From: Callorhinchus milii
Taxonomy: Eukaryota
Assembly (NCBI RefSeq): GCF_018977255.1
Contig: NW_024704836.1
Location: 62,001-126,000, forward strand
Direction of reading: 5' to 3'
Length of the DNA stretch: 64,000 bases
The notes below the pieces were generated by a model, which was given only the letters and a program-made list of their open reading frames with translations, ran no database searches and had not been told where the DNA came from. The number at the start of each line of letters is the position of its first letter. The stretch's first letter is position 1. Position numbers and translations under genes: made by a program. Shown piece by piece: positions 36,077 to 50,398 of the stretch.

Positions 36077-36606
36077 CCCTTCTCTCGCAGCACAGTAATA
36101 CACCCCCTCCTGGGTTGGGGTCAATCTGGAGATCTCCAAGAAGGACTCCTTCCTGTTACTGGTCTGGTTAACTTTGTAGTCAGATTCAAAACCCTTCTCA
36201 TAGTTTGGGGTTGATGCAGAGACATAAGCGATCAATGTGAGGCCTCCCTGATGGGGTTGGATGTACCAGAGCATCGTATAAACGGAGCTATCGTCCTGGC
36301 GACATCTCAAAGTCACTGTCTCCCCCTCTCTGGCTATGACTGTCCGCGGCCTCTGAGTCACCAAAGCTCCCAGTGACAGACCTGCAAAGACAATATAACA
36401 GTGAGATCCGCCGACAGGGAATCTGGGCTGAATGTCCTGGGGGGTGTTCAATGGATTACGCACACACACAAAGCGCAATCATCGCGGACAGAGAGAGGGT
36501 GTGATATGAAATCCCTGTGGATTTGAGAGTTTACGGGGAAGAGAAATGTTGGGAGATACTCACAGGGCCAGAGGATGGAGATCAGAGAGACAGTGAGAAA
36601 GGACAT
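36077..36606 (-). CDS. V24, intact (V exon 36077-36381, RSS 36038-36076); CRQDDSSVYTM / YVSASTPNYEKGFESDYKV
   Basis: ORF 36041..36478, 43-bp leader 36564-36606. Confidence 0.92.
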
Positions 36607-37484
36607 TGTTGGCAGAGACTTGGATTAACATTGGGAACCTCACACCAGAGCTCAGGTTCCTCTCTCTGTCACTGTCTCTCTGTCTCTCCCTCTCTCTATG
36701 TCTCTGGAATGAAGCTCTGACAGAGTAAAGTCTGCACCACATCGGAAGTGGGCCTCACCTCCCCCCAGTGATGGGAGGTGGAGCTGGGGAGGAGGGGAGG
36801 TGTCCTAGTGAAGCTACAGCCTCCCCAGGGTATGAACTGGGTACAGCGGGTCCCAAAATTGGTTCCAAATTCAGAGATAGAAATACAGATGCATCTGGAA
36901 TGCGTTGCCTGAAAGGCTGGTGGAAGCCCATTCGATAACAGCTTTTATGAGAGAAGCAGAGGATTTGGGGAGGACAAGTTTGCAGGTTATGGGGTGAGAG
37001 GGGGGAGTGGGGTTGAATTGGAAGCTCTTTTCAAAGACCGGCACAGACACAATGAGCCGAATGGCCTCCATCTGCGCTGTATAATTCTACGATTCTACAT
37101 CGGAAGTGGGTCTCGTGCCCCACCCACCAGTGGGGCATTGGTGGGAGGTTTGAGATGTGGGGAAAGGGAAGCCTTTTAGTGAAGTTACAGCCTCCCCCGG
37201 GGTATTGGTCAGGAACACGAGATCACAAAATTGGTCCCAGATTCAGACTCAGAGACACAGAGGGAACAGTGGGCGACATGGAGCCGTGGCGACTCCGGCC
37301 CTGAACCTTTATTTCTCTCTGTCTCTCAATCGGCTGTGTTGATGGATTTTATTTCCACAGAGACTGAGGGCAGGTGTTGGTGGGGGAGGGACTGGTGTGT
37401 GTGTGTGTGTGTGTATAGAATCGAGTCGTTGTGTATCCTGTGTGAGGTTTATGTATGACAGATCTGTCTCTCTCTCACGCTGTG

Positions 37485-38022
37485 CCCTTCTCTCGTAGCG
37501 CAGTAATACACCCCTCCTGGGTTGGGTTGATGTTGGAGATCTCCAGGGTGGAGTTCATGTTGTCAGGTGTCTTGGTAATGTTGTAGCCGGATTTAAACTT
37601 GTCCTCATATTCGGTTGAGAATCGGTTATATCCGATCAATGTGAGGCCTCCCTGATGGGGTTGGATGTACCAGAGCATTGTAATGTCAGTACTGGCAGTA
37701 TTGTCCTGGTGACAATTCAAACTCACAGTCTCCCCCTCTCTGGCTGTGACTGTCCGCGGCCACTGAGTCACCAAAGCTCCCAGTGACAGACCTGCAAAGA
37801 CAATATAACAATGAGATCCTCCAACAGGGAATCTGAGCTGAATGTCCTGGGGGGTGTTCAATGGATTATGCACACACACAAAGCGCAATCATCGCGGAGA
37901 GAGAGAGGGTGTGATATGAAATCCCTGTGGATTTGAGAGTTTACGGGGATGAGAGACGTTGGGAGATACTCACAGGGCCAGAGGATGGGGATCAGAGAGA
38001 CAGTGAGAAAGGACAGACACAT
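37485..38022 (-). pseudogene. V25, 1-G deletion just before YYC (RSS 37446-37484); CHQDNTASTDITM / YNRFSTEY
   Basis: GAGGGGTGT instead of GAGGGGGTGT; real or homopolymer error. Confidence 0.65.
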
Positions 38023-38661
38023 TGTTGGCAGAGACTTGGATTAACGTTGGGAACCTCACACCAGAGCTCAGGTTCCTCTCACTATCTGTGTCTCTCTTCT
38101 AAGGCTTAAAAGCTTCTAAGGGAGAAGCAAATAACTATTTGGGGAGGACAAGTTTGCAGGTTATGGGAGAGAGTGGGGGAGTGGGGTCGAATTGGAAGCT
38201 CTTTTCAAAGACCGGCACAGACACGATGAGCCGAATGGTCTCCATCTGCGCTGTATAATTCTATTCGATTCTACATCGGAAGTGGGTCTTGTGCCCCACC
38301 CACCAGTGGGGCATTGGTGGGAGGTTTGAGATGAGGGGAAAGGGAAGCCTTTTAGTGAAGTTACAGCCTCCCCCGGGGTATTGGTCAGGAACACGAGATC
38401 ACAAAATTGGTCCCAGATTCAGATTCAGAGACACAGAGGGAACAGTGAGGAGAGTGGGTGACATGGAGCCGTGGCTACTCCGGCCCTGAACCTCGATTTC
38501 TCTCTGTCTCTCAATCGTCCATGTCGATGGGTTTTATTTCCGCAGAGACTGAGGGCAGGTGTTGGCGGGGGAGGGGCTGGTGTGTGTGTGTATAGAATCG
38601 AGTCGTTGTGTATCCTGTGTGAGGTTTATGTACGAGAGGTCTGTCTCTCTCTCACGCTGTG

Positions 38662-39197
38662 CCCTTCTCTCGCAGCGCAGTAATACACCCCCTCCTGGGT
38701 TGCCTTCTTGATCTCCAGGGAACAGTTCTTATAGTCGTCTGTCTGTTTAACTTCGTAGTCAAGTTTGTAAGCATCCTCCATCGTTGGGTTTGACGCAAAA
38801 CCGTATCCAATCAATGTGAGGCCTCCCTGATGGGGTTGGAGGTACCACAGCATTGTTTGATAGGCTGTGTCCTTCTGGTGACAATTCAAAGTCACTGTCT
38901 CCCCTCTCTGGCTGTGACTGTCCGCGGCAACTGAGTCACCAAAGCTCCCAGTGACAGACCTGCAAAGACAATATAACATCAGGTCATCCTGCCCACAGGG
39001 AATGTTCTGGTCTGATTCCCGGAATGACACACACACACAAACTCACATTCACACAAACACATCCCTCAAACAGAAAGAGGGTTTGGATATGAAATCCCAA
39101 TGGCTTTGGGACCCTGAAGGGAATTGAGAGATGTTGAGAGATACTCACAGGGCCAGAGGATGGAGATCAGAGAGACAGTGAGAAAGGACAGACTCAT
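38662..39197 (-). pseudogene. V26, 1-G deletion in FR1 G run (RSS 38623-38661); CHQKDTAYQTM / YGFASNPTMEDAYK
   Basis: ORF 38626..39036 is out of frame with the leader; real or homopolymer error. Confidence 0.65.
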
Positions 39198-40074
39198 TGT
39201 TGGCAGAGACTTGGATTAACAATGGGAACCTCACACCAGAGCTCAGGTTCCTCTCTCTATCTGCGTCTCTCTGTCTCTCCCTCTCTCTATGTCTCTGGAA
39301 TGAGGCTCTGACAGAGTAAAGTCTGCACCACATCGGAAGTGGGCCTCACCTCCCCCCAGTGATGGGAGGTGGAGCTGGGGAGGAGGGGAGGTGTCTTAGT
39401 GAAGCTACAGCCTCCCCCAGGGTATGAACTGGGTACAGCGGGTCCCAAGATTGGCTCCAAATTCAGAGATAGGAATACAGATGCATCTGGAATGCGTTGC
39501 CTGAAAGGCTGGTGGAAGCCCATTCGATAACAGCTTTTATGAGACCAGTAGATACCTATTTGGGGAGGACAAGTTTGCAGGTTATGGGGAGAGAGCGGGG
39601 GAGTGGGGTCGAATTGGAAGCTCTTTTCAAAGACCGGCACAGACACGATGAGCCGAATGGCCTCCATCTGCGCTGTATAATTCTGTGATTCTACATCGGT
39701 CTCGTGCCCCACCCACCAGTGGGGCATTGGTGGGAGGTTTGAGATGTGGGGAAAGGGAAGCCTTTTAGTGAAGTTACAGCCTCCCCCGGGGTATTGGTCA
39801 GGAACACGAGATCACAAAATTGGTCCCAGATTCAGACTCTAGAGACACAGAGGGAACAGTGTGGAGAGTGGGCGACATGGAGCCGTGGCTACTCCGGCCC
39901 TGAACCTCGATTTCTCTCTGTCCTCAATCGTCTGTGTTGATGGGTTTTATTTCTGCGGAGACTGAGGGCAGGTGTTGGTGGGGGAGGGGCTGGTGTGTGT
40001 GTGTACAGAATCGAGTCGTTGTGTATCCTGTGTGAGGTTTATGTACGAGAGATCTGTCTCTCTCTCACGCTGTG

Positions 40075-40609
40075 CCCTTCTCTCGCAGCGCAGTAATACA
40101 CCCCCTCCTGGGTTGGGTTCATGTTGGTGATCTCCAGGGTGGAGTTCATGTTGTCAGGTGTCTTGGTAATGTTGTAACCAGATTTAAACTTGTCCTCATA
40201 TGCGGTTGAGAATCGGTTATATCCAATCAATGTGAGGCCTCCCTGATGGGGTTGGAGGTACCAGAGCATCGTATCAAGGGATTTGTCGTTATGGCTACAT
40301 CTCAAAGTCACTGTCTCCCCCTCTCTGGCTGTGACTGTCCGCGGCCACTGAGTCAGCAAAGCTCCCAGTGACAGACCTGCAAAGACAATATAACAATGAG
40401 ATCCGCCGACAGGGAATCTGGGCTGAATGTCCTGGGGGGTGTTCAATGGATTACGCACACACACAAAGCGCAATCATCGCGGAGAGAGAGAGGGTGTGAT
40501 ATGAAATCCCTGTGGATTTGAGAGTTTACGGGGATGAGAGAGATGTTGGGAGATACTCACAGGGCCAGAGGATGGAGATCAGAGAGACAGTGAGAAAGGA
40601 CAGACTCAT
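40075..40609 (-). CDS. V27, intact (V exon 40075-40376, RSS 40036-40074); CSHNDKSLDTM / YNRFSTAY
   Basis: ORF 40039..40473, leader 40561-40609. Confidence 0.92.
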
Positions 40610-41482
40610 TGTTGGCAGAGACTTGGATTAACATTGGGAACCTCACACCAGAGCTCAGGTTCCTCTCTCTATCTGCGTCTCTCTGTCTCTCCCTCTCTCT
40701 GTGTCTCTGGAATGAAGCTCTGACAGAGTAAAGTCTACACCACGTCAGAAGTGGGCTTCACCTCCCCCCAGTGATGGGAGGTGGAGCTGGGGAGGAGGGG
40801 AGGTGTCTTAGTGAAGCTACAGCCTCCCCCGGGGTATGAACTGGGTACAGCGGGTCCCAAAATTGGTTCCAAATTCAGAGATAGAGACACAGATGCATCT
40901 GGAATGCGTTGCCTGAAAGGCTGGTGGAAGCCCATTCGATAGCAGCTTTTATGAAAGAAACAGATAACTATTTGGGGAGGACAAGTTTGCAGGTTATGGG
41001 GAGAGAGTGGGGGAGTGGGGTTGAATTGGAAGCTCATTTCAAAGACCGGCACAGACACAATGAGCTGAATGGCCTCCATCTGCGCTGTATGATTCTACGA
41101 ATCTACATCGGAAGTGGGTCTCGTGCCCCACCCACCAGTGGGGCATTGGTGGGAGGTTTGAGATGAAGCCTTTTAGTGAAGTTACAGCCTCCCCCGGGGT
41201 ATTGGTCAGGAACACGAGATCACAAAATTGGTCTCAGAGTCAGAGACACAGAGCGAACAGTGTGGAGAGTGGGCGACATGGAGCCGTGGCTACTCCGGCC
41301 CTGAACCTCGATTTCTCTCTGTCTCTCAATCGTCTGTGTTGATGGGTTTTATTTCTGCAGAGACTGAGGGCAGGTGTTGGCGGGGGAGGGGCTGGTGTGT
41401 GTGTGTGTGTGTATAGAATCGAGTCGTTGTGTATCCTGTGTGAGGTTTATGTACGAGAGATCTGTCTCTCTCTCACGCTGTG

Positions 41483-42004
41483 TCCTTCTCTCGCAGCGCA
41501 GTAATACACCCCCTCCTGGGTTGCCTTCTTGATCTCCAGGGAACAGTTCTTATAATCGTCTGTCTGTTTAACTTCGTAGTCAAGTTTGTAAGCATCCTCC
41601 ATCGTTGGTGTTGAATAAGAACCGTATCCAATCAATGTGAGGCCTCCCTGATGGGGTTGGAGGTACCAGAGCATTGCTTCATATTTAGTGTTATTCTGGT
41701 AACATCTCAAAGTCACTGTCTCCCCCTCTCTGGCTGTGACTGTCCGCGGCCTCTGAGTCACCAAAGCTCCCAGTGACAGACCTGCAAAGACAATATTGCA
41801 ATGAGATCCGCCGACAGGGAATCTGGGCTGAATGTCCTGGGGGGTGTTCAATGGATTACGCGCACACACAAAGCGCGATCATCGCGGACAGAGAGAGGGT
41901 GTGATATGAAATCCCTGTGGATTTGAGAGTTTACGGGGATGGGAGAGATACTCACAGGGCCAGAGGATGGAGATCAGAGAGACAGTGAGAAAGGACAGAC
42001 TCAT
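41483..42004 (-). CDS. V28, intact (V exon 41483-41781, RSS 41444-41482); CYQNNTKYEAM / YGSYSTPTMEDAYK, extra FR3 Cys
   Basis: ORF 41447..41869, leader 41956-42004. Confidence 0.92.
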
Positions 42005-42715
42005 TGTTGGCAGAGACTTGGATTAACATTGGGAACCTCACTCCTCAGTTCTCTCTTCCTCCCTCTTTATCCTCACACAAGGTCACACACTGTATCTCAC
42101 ACTCTTTTTATCGCTCACATCGACTCTGACTTTTTTCTTGTGGACTGAAGCTCTGACGGATTGAATGCACCAATGACACCAAAGTCTTCGAAAGATATCA
42201 CAAGACCCAACCCCCCCCCCCCCACACACCCCACCCTGTGGACCGGGAGAGTGTATCAGTGACGCTGCAGCCTCCCCTCGGGGATAAACTTGTAACTACA
42301 CGATGCAAAATTGTTCCCAGGTTTAGATATGGAGATAGAGAGAAGATACGATGTAGGAAGTTGGCACAATGGAGGCAGGAAGATGGTTAATATTGTGTGT
42401 TTGTGTGTGTTTGACATGAGGCAGTTACTACTGTATGTGTGTTGGGGGGTTGGGATGAGACAGAGAAGAGTCAGAGACAGAGACACAGAGGGAACAGTGT
42501 GGAGAGTGGGCGACATGGAGCCGTGGCTACTCCGGTCCTGAACCTCTATTTCTCTCTGTCTCTCAATCGTCTGTGTTGATGGGTTTTATTTCTGCAGAGA
42601 CTGAGGGCAGGTGTTGGCGCGGGAGGGGCTGGTGTGTGTGTGTGTACAGAATCGAGTGGTTGTGTATCCTGTGTGAGGTTTATGTACGAGAGATCTGTCT
42701 CTCTCTCACGCTGTG

Positions 42716-43244
42716 CCCTTCTCTCGCAGCGCAGTAATACACCCCCTCCTGGGTTGGGTTCATGCTGGAGATCTCCAGGGTGGAGTTCATTTTGTCCGGT
42801 GTCTTGGTAATGTTGTAGCCGGATTTAAACTTGTCCTCATATGTGGTTGAATATTGGTTATATCCGATCAATGTGAGGCCTCCCTGATGGGGTTGGATGT
42901 ACCAGAGCATCATATCAAGGGATTTGTCGTTGTGGCTGCATCTCAAACTCACTGTCTCCCCCTCTCTGGCTGTGACTGTCCGCGGCCTCTGAGTCACCAA
43001 AGCTCCCAGTGACAGACCTGCAAAGACAATATAACAGTGAGATCCGCCGACAGGGAATCTGGGCTGAATGTCCTGGGGGGTGTTCAATGGATTACGCACA
43101 CACACAAAGCGCAATCATCGCGGACAGAGAGAGGGTGTGATATGAAATCTCTGTAGATTTGAGAGTTTACGGGGAATTGAGAGATGTTGAGAGATACTCA
43201 CAGGGCCAGAGGATGGAGATCAGGGACACAGTGAGAAAGGACAT
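42716..43244 (-). CDS. V29, intact (V exon 42716-43017, RSS 42677-42715); CSHNDKSLDMM / YNQYSTTY
   Basis: ORF 42680..43114, 43-bp leader 43202-43244. Confidence 0.92.
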
Positions 43245-43869
43245 TGTTGGCAGAGACTTGGATTAACATTGGGAACCTCACACCAGAGCTCAGGTTCCTC
43301 TCTCTCTCTCATATACACTCTTTCTTTATCTCTTTCTTTAACTCTTTCTTTAACACTCACACTCCCTTTCTCAGTAACTCTCCCCCTCTATCCTCAACGT
43401 TGTCTCTCTCACTTTATCTCTGTGAAGCTCTGGAAAAGGAAAGGCTCCAATGACACCAAAGTGTCGGCACCACATCGGAAGTGACCTCTACTCCCCCCCC
43501 CCCCACCCACCTTGTGGGACATTGGTTGGAGAGGAGATGTGGGTGGGTGGGGATGTCTTAGTGAAGCTACAGCCTCCCCCAAAGTATGGCCTGGGAACAG
43601 TTGCTCATAAAATTAGTCGTTGGTTCGGAGACGTAGAGTGAACAGTGAGGAGAGTGGGTGACATGGAGCCGTGGCTACTCCGGCCCTGAACCTCTATTTC
43701 TCTCTGTCTCTCAATCGTCTGTGTTGATGGGTTTTATTTCTGCAGAGACTGAGGGCAGGTGTTGGCGGGGGAGGGGCTGGTGTGTGTGTGTGTGTGTGTA
43801 TAGAATCGAGTGGTTGTGTATCCTGTGTGAGGTTTATGTACGAGAGATCTGTCTCTCTCTCACGCTGTG

Positions 43870-44418
43870 CCCTTCTCTCGCAGCGCAGTAATACACCCCC
43901 TCCTGGGTTGGGTTCATGTTGGTGATCTCCAGGGTGGAGTTCATGTTGTCAGGTGTCTTGGTAATGTTGTAGCCGGATTTAAACTTGTCCTCATATTCGG
44001 TTGAGTATCGGTTATATCCGACCAATGTGAGGCCTCCCTGATGGGGTTGGAGGTACCAGAGCATCGTAATGTCAGTACTGGCAGTATCGTCCTGGTGACA
44101 ATTCAAAGTCACTGTCTCCCCCTCTCTGGCTGTGACTGTCCGCGGCCTCTGAGTCACCAAAGCTCCCAGTGACAGACCTGCAAAGACAATATAACAATGA
44201 GATCGCTCCAACAGGGAATCTGAGCTGAATGTCCTGGGGGGTGTTCAATGGATTACGCACACACCAACAGGGACAGCAATGGAGGCCGGGGCGGTCGGGA
44301 TGGGAGGATATGAAATCCCTGTGGATTTGAGAGTTTACGGGGATGAGAGAGATGTTGAGAGATACTCACAGGGCCACAGGATGGAGATCAGAGAGACGGT
44401 GAGAAAGGACAGACTCAT
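43870..44418 (-). CDS. V30, intact duplicate of V5 (RSS 43831-43869)
   Basis: ORF 43834..44211 has the same protein as 5883..6260. Confidence 0.92.
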
Positions 44419-47230
44419 TGTTGGCAGAGACTTGGATTAACATTGGGAACCTCACCCCTTAGTTCTCTCTCTCTCTTCATCCTAACACATTTGCGCACAC
44501 ACTGCTTTTCTCTCTCATATCAACGCCCTCTCTCACTCTGACTCTCTCTCTCTGTCTGTGGACTGCAGCTCTGGCAGATTGAAGGTACCAATGACACCAA
44601 AGTATTCGAACTACAGCACAAGAACTCCTCCGCCCCCCCCCCCCCCCCCCCGTTCCCTGGGGTATTGGTGAGTGAATCAATGAGGCTATAGCCTCCCCTA
44701 GAGCACGGACTGGTAACTGCAATCTATCGCTGAGATTTCCTTGTGTAGTTGAGATGAATGGAAATCCCAGCTTCATTTGCATACTCTTAAACATGATGGT
44801 TAGTTTCCACATGTGTCAAGACACACGGCCGACCAAAATTTATACCCCTGGATGTTTCTGTTTGAAACTCCCTGAAGATCCAAAGATATAGTTTTCAGTG
44901 CATTATCAGACACTTCATGTTGCCTTTGCCGAGGAACTAATTCAGTATCAAATTGAAAAATAACATTCAAATCTTAGCCGTGCTGCACATAATCCACCTA
45001 AACCGGACTGATATCACTGAGGAAGAACAAAGCTGGTTATTGCTTGAGCATTTGCCTCACCAGCAAATCAACAATTCATACAACAACAAGATTTCATTTA
45101 TAGAGCGCCTTTCACGTCGAGAGGACGTCCCAAGGCGCTGGACAGTTGGGTCAGGACCCGAGCATTGGGGGGAAATGGTCAGGGTGAGGGGAGGGAAGGG
45201 AGGGAGCGAGGAGGGGGAAGAGAGTCGAGAGGGGAGCTGAAGGCTCGGTCAAAGAGAGAGGTCTTGAGACCGGCCTTCAAGGAGGAAAGGGAGGAGGCGG
45301 CGAAGGCACTGGGGGATAGAGTTCCAGAGCTTCGGGGCTGAGAGCCTGAAGGCCCGGCCCCGATGGTAGGGCGGTTGGGGCGGGGGATGTGGAGCAGACC
45401 GGAGCCAGAGGAACGGAGGGTACGGGCAGGTAGGTAGGGGGATAGTAATTCGGAGAGGTAGGAGGGAGCGAGGCCGTGAATGGCCTTGTAGGTGAGGACG
45501 AGGATCTTGAATTCAAGACGATGTTCATTCAAACCTATATTCATGGAATAAATGATCGCCTCATTTTAGAAGCAATTCTGGAAACAACATCAAGAGGTAA
45601 GAGAGCAATATTCAACTCAAACTACTTAGCTTCCCTTTATTCAATCTTTGCAAGTTTTGACCCCATGAGGGAGCCAAGGATATTACACCACTAATACCCC
45701 GGGCTGCAGAGGTGATTCTGCCGTAATATAGGGGTAAACAAAGACATAGAGCAAATCTATCAGCAGTTAAGTTTTATGCTGAACCATGCAGAGGGTTGCC
45801 TGGCGCGCACAGATAGTTTGTGTACAGCAAGTTCTAATACCCAAACTGACCTCTTCCCGAGGATATTCCCATCCTGATATTCTCTGTGCAGCACGGGGTA
45901 CGAGAACCCTTGGATCTGACTGTCCCGATCCATGCTGGTCTGCAGCTCGATCAGTAAATACTGTCTTACATTCATTCCAGTCGTTTGTCCTGATCCGATA
46001 CAAAGCTTCTCCCTCTGCCCTGGTGGAGATTTGGTCTCTGGTGTAAGAGATGATCCTAATAATAACATGCCTTGCATTTGATATAGCGCTTTGATGTAAC
46101 ATCTTCTCGACCTCTCAAAGCGCTTCACAGAGTATACTGTAAAGTGAATTGACTGTATGTTTGTGGGTATACAGCAGCCGATTGAGCACAGCAACATCTC
46201 ACAAACATTCGTGGGTTCAGTTACCAAATTATTATTCTTTTAAGGATTATTATCACCGCTAAAGCAATCCGTTAATCAACTGGCAACCGGGTGCCTAGTT
46301 ACTGCTCGGTAAACAGAGGCGCGTGGAGAAAAGAAACTTGCCCAATATTTCGCCCTTCAGAGGCGAGTGCTCTAACCCACTGAGCTACAGACTCACAATA
46401 GCTTCTTGGGAGGTGGTTAAACACCCCAGGTGTCTGAGTGAGGGGGGGAGGTGAAATAGGGGGAGAGGGGGGAGAGGTGAATGAGGTGAGGGAGGAGGAC
46501 AAGTTCAATGATGAAGGGGACAAGATCTGAAGGTAGAAGACAGATGTTTGGTCAGCCAGGGCGAAGAAACACACACCCACACACACACTGACCAACTCAC
46601 TCACCTATTTACTGACTCACTTGCACTCTCAGACTCAAACTCACTGACTCACACACATTCACCGACTCTCACGTTCGTTGACTGGAAGTCAACAAGGCCT
46701 CAGAGCCTCCATGGCTGGGTCGTATCTCGGAGCTTCTGTCCAACGGTGGGCAACAATGGCGGAAACAGAAAGTGACCAGCCAGATATAGGAAGTGAGCAC
46801 CGGGAAACAGGTGTTTGCAGCCAGGAAACGGGAAGCGAGACTGGAAAACAGGACGTAAATAGCCAGCAACCAGAAGAGCACAGACAGGAAACTAGAATTG
46901 AGGCTGGGAGACAGGAAGTTGGTACTAATTTTGCTGTCTGTAGTTACCAGTCCGTCCCCTAGTGGAGGCTATGGCCTCATTGACTCACTCTCCCATTCCC
47001 ACAGGGGGTGGGTTCTTTTGCTGTAGTTCGAATACTTTGGTGTCATTGGTGTCTTCAAACTGCCAGAGCTTCAGTCCACAGACAGAGAGAGAGTCAGACT
47101 GAGAGAGGCCATTGATCTGAGAAATAAAAGGAGTGTGTGTGAGACACAGTGTGTGCATACATACATACAGAGACAGAGAAGGACAACTGAGGTGTGAAGT
47201 TCCCATTGTTAATCCAAGTCTCTGCCAACA

Positions 47231-47980
47231 ATGAGTCTGTCCTTTTACACTGTCTCTCTGATCTCCATCCTCTGGCCCTGTGAGTATAACTCAACATTAA
47301 TAATAATAATCCCTCCAAAAAACCAAAAACAATAATTAAATTGGTCATTTTCAATCTACGACTGTTTGTGGGACATTGCTGTGCGCAATTGGCTGCCGCG
47401 TTCGCCCACAAATATACAGTCAATTCACTTTACAGTGTGTTCTGTGAAGCGCTTTGGGACGTCCTCCCGACGTGAAAAGCACTATATCAAATGCAAGGAT
47501 TATTATTATTATATTATTATCTCTCACTTCCCCTCAGGCTCTAAGTACACTGGGATTACATGCGCGCTCTCCCTATCCGCGATGATCGCGCTTTGTGTGC
47601 GTAATTCATTGAACACCCCCCAGGACATTCAGCCCAGATTCCCTGTCGGCGGATCTCACTGTTATATTGTCTTTGCAGGTCTGTCACTGGGAGCTTTGGT
47701 GACTCAGTGGCCGCGGACAGTCACAGCCAGAGAGGGGGAGACAGTGAGTTTGAATTGTCACCAGGACGACAGCTCCCTTTATACGATGCTCTGGTACATC
47801 CAACCCCATCAGGGAGGCCTCACATTGATCGGGTACAATGAACACTCAACCATATATGAGGACAAGTTTAAATCCGGCTACAACATTACCAAGACAACTA
47901 ATAGAATGAACTCCACCCTGGAGATCTCCAGCATGAACCCAACCCAGGAGGGGGTGTATTACTGCGCTGCGAGAGAAGGG
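47231..47980 (+). CDS. V31, intact (V exon 47679-47980, RSS 47981-48019; SINE in intron); CHQDDSSLYTM / YNEHSTIY
   Basis: ORF 47366..48016, leader 47231-47279. Confidence 0.92.
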
Positions 47981-49861
47981 CACAGCGTGAGAGAGAGACA
48001 GATCTCTCGTACATAAACCTCACACAGGATACACAACGACTCGATTCTATACACACACACACCAGCCCCTCCCCCGCCAACACCTGCCCTCAGTCTCTGC
48101 AGAAATAAAACCCATCAACACAGACGATTGAGAGTCAGAGAGAAATCGAGGTTCAGGGCCGGAGTAGCCACGGCTCCATGTCGCCCACTCTCCACACTGT
48201 TCCCTCTGTGTCTCTGAATCTGGGACAATTTAGTGATCTCGTGTTCCTGACCAATACCCCGGGGGAGGCTGTAACTTCACTAAAAGGCTTCTCTTTCCCC
48301 ACATCTCAAACCTCCCACCGATGCCCCACTGGTGGGTGGGGCACGAGACCCACTTCCGATGTAGAATCATAGATTATACAGCGCAGGTGGAGGCCATTCG
48401 GCTCATCGTGTCTGTGCCGGTCTTTGAAAAGAGCTTCCAATTCAACCCCACTCCCCGCCTCTGCAAACCTGCAAACTTGTCCCCCCCAAATTTGCTTCTC
48501 CCTTAAAAGTTGTTATCGAATGGGCTTCCACCATCCTCTGTGGCAATCCATTCCGGAGCCCAACAACTCGCTGTGTAAAAACATGTCTCTTCATTTCCCC
48601 TCTGTTTCTTTTAACAACTATTTTAAATTGGTGTCCTCCGGTTACCGACCCACCCGCCAGTGCAATAGTTTCTCCTTGTTCACCCCATCAAATACCTTCA
48701 TAATTTGGAAAACCTCTATTCAGTCTCTTCTTCACCTTCTCTATTCAAATTAGAATAATCCTCGCTTCTCCGGCTTCTTCTGATATCCGAAGTCCCTCAT
48801 TCCTTGTATTTTCCTGGTAAATCTCCTTTGCACTCTCTCCGATGCCTTAACATGATTTCTAAAGTGTGGTGCCCAGAACTGAACACAGTCTCTGGCTGAC
48901 CCTAACCAGTGACTTTACAAAGGTTAATCATAACGTCCCTACTTGTATTCTATGCCACTATTTTTAAAGCCGAGTTTCCCTTATGTTTTCTATAAAATAG
49001 CTTTATCTACCTGTCCTGCCACCTTCAAACATTTACTTATATGAACACTGATGTCTCTCTATTCCTTCACCTCCTTTAAAATTCTACCATGAGCTTATAT
49101 TACCATTAATCTTTCTTCCTCCAAAATCCATCACTTGGGATTTATCCACATGAAACTTCATCTGCCCCGTGTCTGCCCATATTACCAGGCTGCCAATGTC
49201 CATTTGCAGTCGGCTACTATCCTCCTCACGGTTTACTGCTATTACTAACTTAGTATCATCTGCAAACTTGGAAATTATACTCTCTATAGCCAAGTCCTGG
49301 TCATTTATACAGATCAGAAACAGCAGTGGTCCCAATACTGAGCCCTGGGGACACCACTGCACACTTCCCTCCAGTCAGGATAGAACTGTTCACCACCCAC
49401 CACTCTCTGCTTTCTGTCTCCCAACCAGTTCTGTATCCGCTGCCCCTGTCCCTTTAATACCGAGGGCTTCTATGTTGATTACTTGTCTCTTATATGGAAT
49501 TTTATCAAACGCCTTTTGAAAATACATATAAACTACATCAACTGCACTAAGTTCATCCACACTCTCCGTCACTTCATCAAAATTACATACATAAACCTGA
49601 CACTGGATACACGACTCAATTTACCAGACACACAAAGAAACCAACACCTCCCCAACATCTCCACCTCCCACTAATGTCCCACTGGGGGAGGGGTGGGGGG
49701 AGGCAGAGAGACGCGCTTCCGCTTTGGGGTCATTAATGTTTTTACGCTGCCGAGTGTGAGAGATAGAGACAGAGCCAATGTGTGAGAGACATTTAGAAAG
49801 ACAGAGAGGAACCTGAGCTCTGGTGTGAGGTTCCCAATGTTAATCCAAGTCTCTGCCAACA

Positions 49862-50398
49862 ATGAGTCTGTCCTTTCTCACTGTCTCTCTGATCTCCATC
49901 CTCTGGCCCTGTGAGTATCTCTCAACATCTCCCTCATCCCCGTAAACTCTCAAATCCACAGGGATTTCATATCACACCTCACTCTGTCCGCGATGATCGC
50001 GCTTTGTGTGTGTGCGTAATCCATTGAACACCCCCCAGGACATTCAGCCCAGATTCCCTGTCGGCGGATATCATTGTTATATTGTCTTTGCAGGTCTGTC
50101 ACTGGGAGCTTTGGTGACTCAGTTGCCGCGGACAGTCACAGCCAGAGAGGGGGAGACAGTGAGTTTTACATGTAACCAGAATGACAGTGCCCTTAATACA
50201 ATGCTCTGGTACCTCCAACCCCATCAGGGAGGCCTCACATTGATCGGATATGCTGTTCTGTCAAACCCAACGTATGAGAAAGGCTTTGAATCTGGTTACA
50301 ACATTACACAGAGTAATGACAAGAAGAAATCATCCCTGGAGATCTCCAGCATAAACCCAACCCAGGAGGGGGTGTATTACTGCGCTGCGAGAGAAGGG
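49862..50398 (+). CDS. V32, intact duplicate of V7 (RSS 50399-50437)
   Basis: ORF 50006..50434. Confidence 0.92.
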
